64,000 nucleotides of DNA from contig CAXFSR010000060.1 of the NCBI GenBank assembly GCA_964005815.1, positions 8,559 to 72,558 of the forward strand, written 5' to 3'. The notes below the pieces were generated by a model. That model saw only the letters and a list, made by a program, of their open reading frames with translations. It did not search any database and had not been told where the DNA came from. Source of the stretch: an uncultured Nitrospinaceae bacterium. Lineage in GTDB: Bacteria; UBA8248. The position numbers were made by a program, and so were the translations under genes. Shown here in pieces: positions 50,408 through 59,099 of this stretch; the first letter of the stretch is position 1, and each line of letters opens with the position of its first letter.

Positions 50408-51077
50408 CGATCTTTTGTTGACTCCAAAAGATATAGCTAAACGTATTGCAAAAGAAATTCCTGATGGATCTACCGTTAACCTCGGCATTGGAATTCCTAC
50501 CCTTGTCGCAAATTACGTCGACCCATTAAAAGGGATTTTATTTATGGCAGAAAACGGAATATTAGGAACTGGACCTAAACCAAAAAAAGGAGAAGAGGAT
50601 TTAAATTATATTAATGCGTCAAGAGAACCCGTAATTCCAATAAAAGGGGCATCAATCTTCGACCATGCTGAAGCGTTTTCTATGATAAGAGGAGGACACA
50701 TTGACATTGCAATTTTGGGTGCTCTTCAAGTATCTGAAAACGGAGATCTTTCGAACTGGACCGTACCTGGAGAAGCCAGAGGTGGAATCGGTGGAGCGAT
50801 GGATTTAGCTAAGGGAGTTAAGGAAGTATATGCTGTGATGAAACATATCACTAAAGATGGGATGCTCAAATTTCTCAAAAAATGCTCTTATCCACTAACT
50901 GCAAAAAAAGTGGTAACGAAAATTTTTACTGATATGGCACTAATAGAAATTACTGAGAAGGGCCCTATACTCAAGGAAATGGCAACTGGCCTTAATCAAG
51001 AATTGATTGAAAAATTCTCTGAGCCAAAATTAATTATTCCTAGTAAGACAAGTTTCATTTTAAAGGAAGAAGAATAA
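50385..51077 (+). CDS. 3-oxoacid CoA-transferase subunit B
   Basis: VNLGIGIPT, AENG (catalytic Glu), GGAMDL; TTG at 50385 behind GGAG. Confidence 0.92.
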   Translation: MSLDPKYSDLLLTPKDIAKRIAKEIPDGSTVNLGIGIPTLVANYVDPLKGILFMAENGILGTGPKPKKGEEDLNYINASREPVIPIKGASIFDHAEAFSMIRGGHIDIAILGALQVSENGDLSNWTVPGEARGGIGGAMDLAKGVKEVYAVMKHITKDGMLKFLKKCSYPLTAKKVVTKIFTDMALIEITEKGPILKEMATGLNQELIEKFSEPKLIIPSKTSFILKEEE

Positions 51078-51140
51078 AACAGAAATACACAAAAAATTTT
51101 CAGGTCATATAGAAAAGAAAATTAAATTGGAGAAATAAAA

Positions 51141-51560
51141 ATGCCCATACATAAAATTTTTGAAATGGAAAAAAATCGAGAAGAATCTACTCCTGAAGCA
51201 GAAATGCAAAGAGTTAAAGGGGAACTAATGAAAGTTGGTATAGTTGTTTATCAAAAAGACAAAGGTGCGCCTCCACATTTTCATCCGAATGATGAACAAT
51301 TTAATTTAATTTTAGAAGGACGTAGAGTAATGATCCTAGACGGCGAAGTAGTATATGCCGAACCCGGTGACTTAATTCATATTCCTAGAAATTCTGTCCA
51401 TGGCGGAGGGCAATCTCTCGATGATAAGTGTGTTTTTTTTGCGGCAAAAAGTCCTGCAGGTAGCGGAGTCATGGGAGAAGATTACAACCCTGTTGAAAAT
51501 GCGGAAGAACTTATGCAGTTAGTTGAAGATCGTGTCAGAGAAATTAGAGAAAAAGAATGA
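51141..51560 (+). CDS. Cupin domain protein
   Basis: PHFHPNDEQ...PGD.IHIP.NSVH metal-ligand pattern. Confidence 0.8.
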   Translation: MPIHKIFEMEKNREESTPEAEMQRVKGELMKVGIVVYQKDKGAPPHFHPNDEQFNLILEGRRVMILDGEVVYAEPGDLIHIPRNSVHGGGQSLDDKCVFFAAKSPAGSGVMGEDYNPVENAEELMQLVEDRVREIREKE

Positions 51561-51666
51561 AAGTTTATTATAGTTGCAAATCGTAATATAATGGGAATTA
51601 GCAACGATAATACTTTATTGTAAGTTTTTAGAATTTAAATTTTAATCAATGTAGGAGTTTCCAACC

Positions 51667-52095
51667 ATGGGATATAGTACTGGGAACATAATTGTCACAA
51701 CTTTGCACGTAATATGTGCAATCCTTTCAGTAGGTGGAGTAGCTTTTCTCAGATTTGTAGCATTACCGTTTTCAGAAAGTCTTTCAGATGAAGAAAAACA
51801 GCGATTTCAATTAACACTCAGAAAACGTTTTGTTCCTATTCTTCATACTTCATTTTTACTTCTTATTTTAACGGGAATACACCATATAACACGCCTTATT
51901 AGAGAAGGCATGACAATCCCAACTCCACTTATAGTGAAAATAGTTCTCGCTCTGATTATAATTTTTATAGGGATCGCATTAACAATACCAAAAGGATTTG
52001 AAGGTTTAAAGAATAAGAAAAAATCTTGGCTTTCATTCAACTTGCTTCTTGCAACTATTGTTGTCTATCTAGGGATTTCGGTCACGCACGGTTAA
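51667..52095 (+). CDS. Small 4-TM membrane protein (CopD-like)
   Basis: LHVICAILSVGG, LILTG, IVKIVLA; AGGAG SD. Confidence 0.55.
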   Translation: MGYSTGNIIVTTLHVICAILSVGGVAFLRFVALPFSESLSDEEKQRFQLTLRKRFVPILHTSFLLLILTGIHHITRLIREGMTIPTPLIVKIVLALIIIFIGIALTIPKGFEGLKNKKKSWLSFNLLLATIVVYLGISVTHG

Positions 52096-52123
52096 AACTA
52101 ATTAATTTTTTTAAGGATTTCAA

Positions 52124-53131
52124 ATGTTTGCAGCTTGGTATGAGAAAAAAGGAAAAGCAAGAGATGTTTATAATATTGGGGAATTAGATAATCCAGAACC
52201 AATGCCAAATGAGGTCAGAGTTCGTCTTTATGCCTCTGGAGTCAATCATACTGACTGTAAACGAAGATCTGGACATGGTAATGAAGACTGGAATTATGCG
52301 CATCACTTCCCTGACTTTCCAATTATTATTCCAAATAACGATGGTGCAGGAATTGTTGATAAAGTAGGCAGCGATATTTCAGCTTTCTCTATTGGAGATA
52401 GAGTTTGGGTTTTTAATGCAAGGTACAGAAGAGCATTCGGTACTGCTGCAGAATTTATCACAATTCCTGCAAATCTAATCTCTCCTTTACCAGATAATAC
52501 TTCATTTATAGAAGGAGCTTGTCTTGGAGTTCCTGCTATGACTGCTCATCGCTGTCTTTATTCAGATGGAGATATCCAAGGGAAAAATATACTAGTAACG
52601 GGAGGTGCTGGTAGTGTTGGAAACTATGCAGTACAACTTGCAAAACTAGGGAAAGCTAATGTTATAACTACCGTAAGTTCTCCTGAAAAAGGAGAAAAAG
52701 TTTCTATGGCTGATCACATTATTAATTACAGAGAAACAGATGTTGTTTCAGAGGTTATGCGTATTACCGATGGAGAAGGAGTAGACCGGATAGTAGACGT
52801 AAATTTAGGAGTACATTGGGAAATAAATTATAAAATTCTAAAAGAAAATGGAACTATCACTTCTTACTCTTCCATGGGAAATAGAAACCCTAGTTTCCCG
52901 CACTATGAACTAATGTTAGGCAATGCAAATATTCGTCTAGTAATGATTCACTGTTCTCCTTTTGAGGCTCTTCAAAAAGCAGCGGATGAAATTACAAACA
53001 CACTCAAAACCAATAGCTTGATTCACAACGTTGCTAAATTATTTCCTCTCGACAAAATTCACGAATCTAACGAAGCTGTTGAAAGTGGAAAAATGATTGG
53101 AAATGTAATTATTGAAATAAGTGACAATTAG
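52124..53131 (+). CDS. NADPH:quinone reductase (zeta-crystallin-like MDR)
   Basis: ASGVN, DGAG, GTAAE, VTGGAGSVG. Confidence 0.88.
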   Translation: MFAAWYEKKGKARDVYNIGELDNPEPMPNEVRVRLYASGVNHTDCKRRSGHGNEDWNYAHHFPDFPIIIPNNDGAGIVDKVGSDISAFSIGDRVWVFNARYRRAFGTAAEFITIPANLISPLPDNTSFIEGACLGVPAMTAHRCLYSDGDIQGKNILVTGGAGSVGNYAVQLAKLGKANVITTVSSPEKGEKVSMADHIINYRETDVVSEVMRITDGEGVDRIVDVNLGVHWEINYKILKENGTITSYSSMGNRNPSFPHYELMLGNANIRLVMIHCSPFEALQKAADEITNTLKTNSLIHNVAKLFPLDKIHESNEAVESGKMIGNVIIEISDN

Positions 53132-54360
53132 TTTTTACACGAAGAAATGTTTAGTTTCTTAGCTCCTATCTCTAACGCATTCAAAAGATTGTCAATATGT
53201 TCTTTTTTATGGGTAGCCATTAAACTAATTCTAATTCTACTCGTACCTTCGCGAACTGTAGGAGGTCTAATAGCTAAAGAAAAAATTCCTGCTTTCATTA
53301 AAAAATCTGATAATCGTAAAGTTTTTAATGTATCTCCGATTACAAGAGGAAAAATAGGAATTTCTTTACATTTTTTTTCACTAACAGGAATTCCTATTTT
53401 AGTAAGTCCATCCGACAAGTAATGACTCAAATCTGAAAGTTTTTTCCTTCTTCTTTCGCCTTCATTCCCTTGAACTAGACGGATTGATTTAAGAGCACTT
53501 CCAACGGCTGAAGGTGGAAGGCTAGTCGAATAAATAAATGATTTCGCTTTATTAGTTAGATATTGAATTACATCACTTTTTGAAGAAACAAAAGCTCCAT
53601 AAGATGCAAGCGATTTTCCAAGAGTCCCCATACTGATATCTACTTCTTCTTCAACTTTGAAAAGAGAAGCGGCCCCCCTTCCTTTTTTCCCTAAAACTCC
53701 AGTTGCATGCGCCTCATCAACAACTAATAAAGCATTAAATTTTTGTGCAAGATCAACTATTTCATCCAAAGGAGCGAGGTCACCGTCCATACTAAAAACA
53801 CCATCTACGACAATCAAACGTTTACTTTTTCTGCTAGTTTCTTTTAAATATTTTGAAAGTATAGAAAGATTATTATGTGGAAAAATCTTTACTTTTGCAG
53901 CACTTAATCTACATCCCTCTATTATACTCGCATGGTTAAGCTCATCACTAAAGACAACATCTCCCTTGCCCATCAAAGAAGAAATTATTCCTATATTCGC
54001 TAGAAATCCTGAACCAAAGAGAATCGTTTGATCTTTTTCTTTCCAAGAAGAAATAAGTTTACATAAAGATTCATGAATTTGCATAAATCCAGACAATAAA
54101 GGACTTGCTACAGAACTGTTCCCAAATTTTTTCGAGGCTAGAATAGCTGAGCGAATCACTTCTGGATGATCTGCTAATCCTAAATAATTATTGGACGACA
54201 TCATTATTATTTCTTTTCCATTAAATTTCATGATTGGAGATTGAGAACCATGAACTTTTCTTAATGAACGAAAAAGATCATTTTCTTTCATTAATGAAAT
54301 ATCCGTACCAATGAAATCAGACCATTTTTTTTTATCAACTTTGTGATTAATAGGTTTCAT
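53128..54360 (-). CDS. bioF: 8-amino-7-oxononanoate synthase
   Basis: SNNYLGL, DELNHASI, DGVFSMDGD, DEAH, GTLGK, IRPPTV. Confidence 0.9.
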   Translation of the reverse strand: MKPINHKVDKKKWSDFIGTDISLMKENDLFRSLRKVHGSQSPIMKFNGKEIIMMSSNNYLGLADHPEVIRSAILASKKFGNSSVASPLLSGFMQIHESLCKLISSWKEKDQTILFGSGFLANIGIISSLMGKGDVVFSDELNHASIIEGCRLSAAKVKIFPHNNLSILSKYLKETSRKSKRLIVVDGVFSMDGDLAPLDEIVDLAQKFNALLVVDEAHATGVLGKKGRGAASLFKVEEEVDISMGTLGKSLASYGAFVSSKSDVIQYLTNKAKSFIYSTSLPPSAVGSALKSIRLVQGNEGERRRKKLSDLSHYLSDGLTKIGIPVSEKKCKEIPIFPLVIGDTLKTLRLSDFLMKAGIFSLAIRPPTVREGTSRIRISLMATHKKEHIDNLLNALEIGAKKLNISSCKN

Positions 54361-54418
54361 AATAGAATTTCTTAGTAAAAATTAAATACATAAAAAAAGC
54401 TACATAAATGGGCCTATC

Positions 54419-54796
54419 GTGAATATTATCATACTAGTTGCATTTGGAGGCGCTTTAGGAAGTCTCATACGCTACTTTACAGAGTTGGCTTGTAAAAGAT
54501 TGTCTTTTTTTTCGGTACCAATTGGAACAATAGTAGTGAATATTATTGGTTCTTTCTTGATTGGTTACACCCTTCAATTTCTTCTATCTAGAAATATAGC
54601 GACAGAAGAATACAAACGTTTAATAATGACTGGTTTTCTAGGAGGATTAACTACTTTTTCTTCTTTCAGCCTAGAAATTCTACAAATGTTACAAGAGGGG
54701 AAATTATTTCTCGCGGTTACTTATGTGGTTCTATCAATTTCTATAGGGCTACTCGCTGTTTGGTTTGGTATATCAATTGCTTCGAATTCTAGCTAA
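54419..54796 (+). CDS. crcB: Fluoride efflux channel CrcB/FluC
   Basis: GGALG...RY, P.GT..VN..G, GFLGGLTTFSSF. Confidence 0.93.
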   Translation: MNIIILVAFGGALGSLIRYFTELACKRLSFFSVPIGTIVVNIIGSFLIGYTLQFLLSRNIATEEYKRLIMTGFLGGLTTFSSFSLEILQMLQEGKLFLAVTYVVLSISIGLLAVWFGISIASNSS

Positions 54797-54801
54797 ATAC
54801 T

Positions 54802-55587
54802 TTAGACTCCTCTTAGTTCTCCACCGTCAACCTGAATATTCGTTCCAGTAATAAAACTTGCTCTTTCGCTGGCGAGAAATGCAACAGCAGCTGCAAATTC
54901 TTCTGGTTTTCCAAGACGACCTATTTTAATATCTTTAATTACTTCAGAGTAGATTTCATCCGTAGATTTTCCAGTTTCCAACGACATTGCTTCAATCCTA
55001 TCTTGCCAATGTGTATCAAAGCGTCCAGGACTTATCATATTCACAAGAATACCATCAAGAACAAATTCATTTGCGATAGATTTCATAAAATTCAAGAGCG
55101 TAGATTTTGTAACATTCGCAACACTCCTTTTTTCCCTTGGTTGTTTGATACTAGTCGAACCCGTAAAAATAATTCGACCCCATTTTTGTCTTTGCATGTG
55201 AGGAATAACTTCTTTACATAGTTGTACGCCAGCATAAAGATTAAGATCCATCAATTCTTTCCAGTCATTAATTTCAAGATCCAGGAAATTCTTTGTCAAA
55301 CTAATTCCAGCATTACTAAGCAATATATGAACGGCCCCAAAGTGATCTACCACCTCTTTGACTATCTTTTTATTATCGGAAAAAGAGGAAACATCAGCTT
55401 GAATTGTCAAAACTTTAGAATTTGCAATTTGTTCAATATCTTTTTTTGCACTCAAAAGTCTTTCTGGATTTCTGGCACAAATAACTACATGACAACCCTC
55501 TTTTGCCAATTCACATGCCGATGCTAGACCAAGACCAGCACTACCACCAGTTATAATCGCAATTTTGCCCCTAAGACCTAATTCCAA
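54802..55587 (-). CDS. Short-chain dehydrogenase/reductase
   Basis: TGGSAGLG, NAG, VN.ISPG, FITG..I.VDGG; catalytic YxxxK reads NVTK. Confidence 0.85.
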   Translation of the reverse strand: MELGLRGKIAIITGGSAGLGLASACELAKEGCHVVICARNPERLLSAKKDIEQIANSKVLTIQADVSSFSDNKKIVKEVVDHFGAVHILLSNAGISLTKNFLDLEINDWKELMDLNLYAGVQLCKEVIPHMQRQKWGRIIFTGSTSIKQPREKRSVANVTKSTLLNFMKSIANEFVLDGILVNMISPGRFDTHWQDRIEAMSLETGKSTDEIYSEVIKDIKIGRLGKPEEFAAAVAFLASERASFITGTNIQVDGGELRGV

Positions 55588-55706
55588 ATCTCACCTCTTG
55601 TTATTTTTTAGTGAAATTATTTGATGGACATATTAAAACTCGTTTAGGATAAATTGCAATATTTGATTTTTCCACAATTTACCAAACCATTTAAAAAGGA
55701 CTCATA

Positions 55707-55991
55707 ATGCCAGACAAATCAGATTTTCGTAAATTTTATCGCGATGCACACAGTTCTGATCTACTAACAGAAAGAGAAAGAATTCTAATAGGTCTCTCGG
55801 TAGCCATCTCGAGAAATTGCCAACCCTGAGTAAACCATCGTCTAGCAGATGCTAGAAAAAAAGAAATATCAGAGGAAACCTTAGATTCTACTTTCAACGT
55901 GGTCTCTGCCGTAATAGGTGGAATAGCTCAAAGCATGAACCAAAGATTCAAGGCATCTCAAAAAACGACTGAAGAAAAAAAACCTACCTAA
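55707..55991 (+). CDS. AhpD/carboxymuconolactone-decarboxylase-like selenoprotein (94 aa; in-frame TGA at 55827-55829 read as Sec)
   Basis: AAGGA SD then ATG; MPDKSDFRKFYRDAHSSDLLTERERILIGLSVAISRNCQP-U-VNHRLADARKKEISEETL...IGG...KKPT*; CxxU at the AhpD CxxC position; absent from the ORF track. Confidence 0.8.
55841..55856 (+). promoter_or_regulatory. Putative bacterial SECIS hairpin
   Basis: TCTAGC-AGAT-GCTAGA perfect 6-bp stem with G in the loop, beginning after an 11-nt spacer from the TGA. Confidence 0.65.
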
Positions 55992-56589
55992 CACCAGATG
56001 GTTTAGGACGTTTTTTTCTATCAGAAATAGCTTTTTTTACTTGGGCAGAACTTTTTCCTTCCAGTTCTATCCCGAATACTTCACCTACACGTGTATGCTT
56101 ATCCATCAGTCTCATGAAATCGATACCATCAATCTCGGCTATTACCATCTCGCAAGTACTAAAAATCTCACACCCTTCAACAAGGTGACCACCAAAACAG
56201 GTTGCCTCAGGCCTTCCCATTGAAATAGTTACATGTGCATGTAAATATGGTTCTCCATTTTCCGTCTGAGTAATGTTTCCACTCATTTGTAAAAGTTCTA
56301 AAGGTCCATTGATAGGAGTAAAAATTCTACATTCATCATTAATAGGGAATGGTTCTGGGAATTTCCACACATTTCTCAATGTAGCTTTTCTAAGACTAGC
56401 CGCTACACTCAAGATCACCCCTGATTTTAATTTTTTTTCTTTACATATCTTTACTGTAGTTCCGAACAAATCATCACCTGGTGCCATTCTCACTGTGAGC
56501 ACTCTGCCGATTTTTCCCTCAGCAACATCATATCTCGGTTTTCGGGTTTTCCAATTGGTTTTATCAAATAACATTTCTTTTTTTGGCAT
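55984..56589 (-). CDS. PPC/DUF296 domain protein
   Basis: RMAPGDDL, LELLQMSGNI, HAHVT, GGHLVEG, CEMVI. Confidence 0.85.
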   Translation of the reverse strand: MPKKEMLFDKTNWKTRKPRYDVAEGKIGRVLTVRMAPGDDLFGTTVKICKEKKLKSGVILSVAASLRKATLRNVWKFPEPFPINDECRIFTPINGPLELLQMSGNITQTENGEPYLHAHVTISMGRPEATCFGGHLVEGCEIFSTCEMVIAEIDGIDFMRLMDKHTRVGEVFGIELEGKSSAQVKKAISDRKKRPKPSGVR

Positions 56590-56666
56590 TAGAAAAAATT
56601 CTCCTCTCTGGACTAACTAGGCCCATCAATTAATTGAATGTAAAATTCTTCTCTATTCAAACCTAT

Positions 56667-57950
56667 TCATGTTTTTTTTTCAAATCGTATTATTCCGTTT
56701 ATAACAGTACATGTAACAACAGAACGTTTGTCAAAAAGATGTTCTATATCTAAATATTTATAATCTTCAGGTATTTCCACAACGGTGAAATCGGCAACTC
56801 CGCCCGGCATGATTGATCCGACTCCTTCGTTTTCAAATCCCAAAGCTTTTGAACCAGAGAGTGTACAATACATAAGCAGTTCACTTGCTTCGATAGAACT
56901 GTCCTCTTCTCTTAAGGCTATTGCCTCTTCCAAAACAGAAAGAGAAGGAGAACTTGCAAGACTGTCTGTCCCAAGACATAACATTACTCCTTGACTCCTC
57001 ATTTGCATAATATCTGCTATTTGATGTTCAAAGAATGATGCAGAACGTGGACAAATACAAACATGGACTCCGTTTGTACGTAATAATCGCCAATCATTTT
57101 CATCCGTCTGATTACAATGTACAACAAGATCAATTTTTCGGAGAATCCCTTTTTGATTAAAATACTCTATAGGACTACAACCAAAAGGCTCAAAAAAATC
57201 TATATCGATTTTCAATTTTTTGAACATGTCCTGAAAACCACCTTCTCCAGTCTCTAGAAATTGCAACTCATCCGGACTTTCAAGAAGATGGGTTGCTACT
57301 TTCCAGTTATTTAAACTCCCATAAGATACCGTTCTCTTGTAGAGTTCAGAAGATGTAGAATAAGGTGAATGAGGACTAAGACCGTTTCGAACAAATTCGT
57401 TCGATTCTCCTTCGTAATTCTTAGATTCAGAAATTTCTTCCATTTTTTTATTGAAAATAATTTCAGCTTCCCTATCATTAATGCCTAAAAATTCATGAAA
57501 AATTACTCCCCTCATTCCTGCATCGACGATAGCCGTCTTACTTTCACCGGAGACACTAATATCTCCAACACAAGTTACACCGGAAGAAATACTATTTGCT
57601 GTTCCGATCCTTGAGGAGGAGAGAAATAAATGACTTGGCCACTCCCTTATTTGTGATACTAAATTTGGAATCCATTCCGAAAGTTTCGATGGTGAAATTT
57701 GCATACCGCTTAATTCAAGATGTGTATGTGAATTCACCAATCCTGGAATAAGAATCGAATTTTTGAAGTGTCTCTCAGTTACAAAAGTACTGTGAGGACG
57801 AATAAATTCTTCTTCCCCTACCGCTACAACTTTCCCATTTGAAGTTAAAACCGCTCCATTTCTTATAGGCAAATCACTTACCGGGCAAACTAGATCGGCT
57901 GTCCATAGTTGAAATCTATCTTTAGTGTTATCCAAACTTGATTCTTTCAT
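56667..57950 (-). CDS. Amidohydrolase, probable aminodeoxyfutalosine deaminase (MqnF-like)
   Basis: PGLVNSHTHLE, PHSPYS, HLLES..E, VHC, GTDSLAS; directly downstream of mqnC. Confidence 0.75.
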   Translation of the reverse strand: MKESSLDNTKDRFQLWTADLVCPVSDLPIRNGAVLTSNGKVVAVGEEEFIRPHSTFVTERHFKNSILIPGLVNSHTHLELSGMQISPSKLSEWIPNLVSQIREWPSHLFLSSSRIGTANSISSGVTCVGDISVSGESKTAIVDAGMRGVIFHEFLGINDREAEIIFNKKMEEISESKNYEGESNEFVRNGLSPHSPYSTSSELYKRTVSYGSLNNWKVATHLLESPDELQFLETGEGGFQDMFKKLKIDIDFFEPFGCSPIEYFNQKGILRKIDLVVHCNQTDENDWRLLRTNGVHVCICPRSASFFEHQIADIMQMRSQGVMLCLGTDSLASSPSLSVLEEAIALREEDSSIEASELLMYCTLSGSKALGFENEGVGSIMPGGVADFTVVEIPEDYKYLDIEHLFDKRSVVTCTVINGIIRFEKKT

Positions 57951-57960
57951 GAAAGAAAAA

Positions 57961-59034
57961 TCAGACTAATTCATAGAAAAAATTTCGTCTTTTCGGCAAA
58001 AAACCAGCATTTTTTGCCATGACACTTAAATCTTCTTCATTCAGGCAATAAGTCGTGCCCGCGGAACTCACGACATTCTCCTCAATCATAGTAGACCCCA
58101 TGTCATTTGCACCATAGTGAAGGGAAAGTTCTCCAATCTTCATTCCTTGAGTGACCCAAGAAGATTGAAAATTTGGAATATTATCTAAAAAAAGTCTGCT
58201 AATGGACAATGTTTTTAAATATTCACTACTGCCTACTGTTGGAACTCTTAGAGTTGCAGAACCGTCATTCTGAAAAGTCCAACAAATAAATGCTGTAAAA
58301 CCTTTCGTTTGGTCCTGCAATTCCCTTAAAGAACTTAAATGTTCAACTCTTTCTTCTAGAGTTTCTACATGACCGAACATCATTGTAGCAGTAGATCGTA
58401 AACCAAGACCGTGTGCGACTCTCATAATTTCGAGCCAACCTTCAGTATTCACCTTTAATTTTGAAATTTTGTTTCGAACTCGATCTACTAAAATTTCCCC
58501 ACCACCTCCTGGAATAGAATCGAGGCCAGACTGGTGCAACCTATTTATAACTACTTCATAAGGCATATCTTCCAACTTAGAAATATGATGAATTTCTGGT
58601 GGACTTAACGCATGTAAATGTATATCAGGATACTCTGTTTTCATCCATGAGAATAAATTTTCATACCATTCTATTCGCAAATCTGGATGGTGTCCTCCTT
58701 GAAGTAGAATTTGCTTTCCTCCCAAAGAATATAATTCATCAATCTTTTCCTTAATCTCTTCTTTTGTCCTTACATATGATTCTGGATGTCCACCTGGAGG
58801 TCGATAGAATGCACAAAATGTACAATAAACATCACACACATTCGTGTAATTTATATTTCGATCTACGCAATAAGTAGCAATCCCTTCGGGATGAAAGGAA
58901 TTTCTGATTTGATCTGCAGCAGCACCCAGTGCAACTAAATCATCACCTTCAAACAAAACAAGACAATCATCTGAAGACAATCTTTCCCCAAGTAAGGTTT
59001 TCTCTATTATCTGATAAAATTTTTTATCTGCCAT
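57961..59034 (-). CDS. mqnC: Cyclic dehypoxanthinyl futalosine synthase (radical SAM)
   Basis: DRNINYTNVCDVYCTFCAF, LLQGG.HP, FICWTFQ, SSWVTQG, EENVVSSAG. Confidence 0.93.
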   Translation of the reverse strand: MADKKFYQIIEKTLLGERLSSDDCLVLFEGDDLVALGAAADQIRNSFHPEGIATYCVDRNINYTNVCDVYCTFCAFYRPPGGHPESYVRTKEEIKEKIDELYSLGGKQILLQGGHHPDLRIEWYENLFSWMKTEYPDIHLHALSPPEIHHISKLEDMPYEVVINRLHQSGLDSIPGGGGEILVDRVRNKISKLKVNTEGWLEIMRVAHGLGLRSTATMMFGHVETLEERVEHLSSLRELQDQTKGFTAFICWTFQNDGSATLRVPTVGSSEYLKTLSISRLFLDNIPNFQSSWVTQGMKIGELSLHYGANDMGSTMIEENVVSSAGTTYCLNEEDLSVMAKNAGFLPKRRNFFYELV

Positions 59035-59051
59035 TACAAAAAAGTCTCCGT

Positions 59052-59084
59052 AAAAAATTACGAAAAAATTACGAAAAAATTATG
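59052..59084 (+). repeat. Three tandem copies of an 11-bp unit (AAAAAATTA(C/T)G)
   Basis: AAAAAATTACG AAAAAATTACG AAAAAATTATG in the gap upstream of mqnC. Confidence 0.85.
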
Positions 59085-59099
59085 CCATAAAAAATAAAA

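Noticed and set aside
51141..51560. Cupin as a DMSP lyase or other specific enzyme
   Set aside because: Only generic cupin metal ligands are visible; specificity cannot be assigned
54361..54418. Fluoride riboswitch upstream of crcB
   Set aside because: The 58-bp AT-rich divergent gap has no GGCGATG-type consensus
55827..55829. TGA read as Trp/Gly under an alternative genetic code
   Set aside because: TGA terminates full-length genes here (nuoN-1, nuoE, mqnC) and long ORFs contain no internal TGA
59052..59084. CRISPR array
   Set aside because: 11-bp units without spacers; no cas genes
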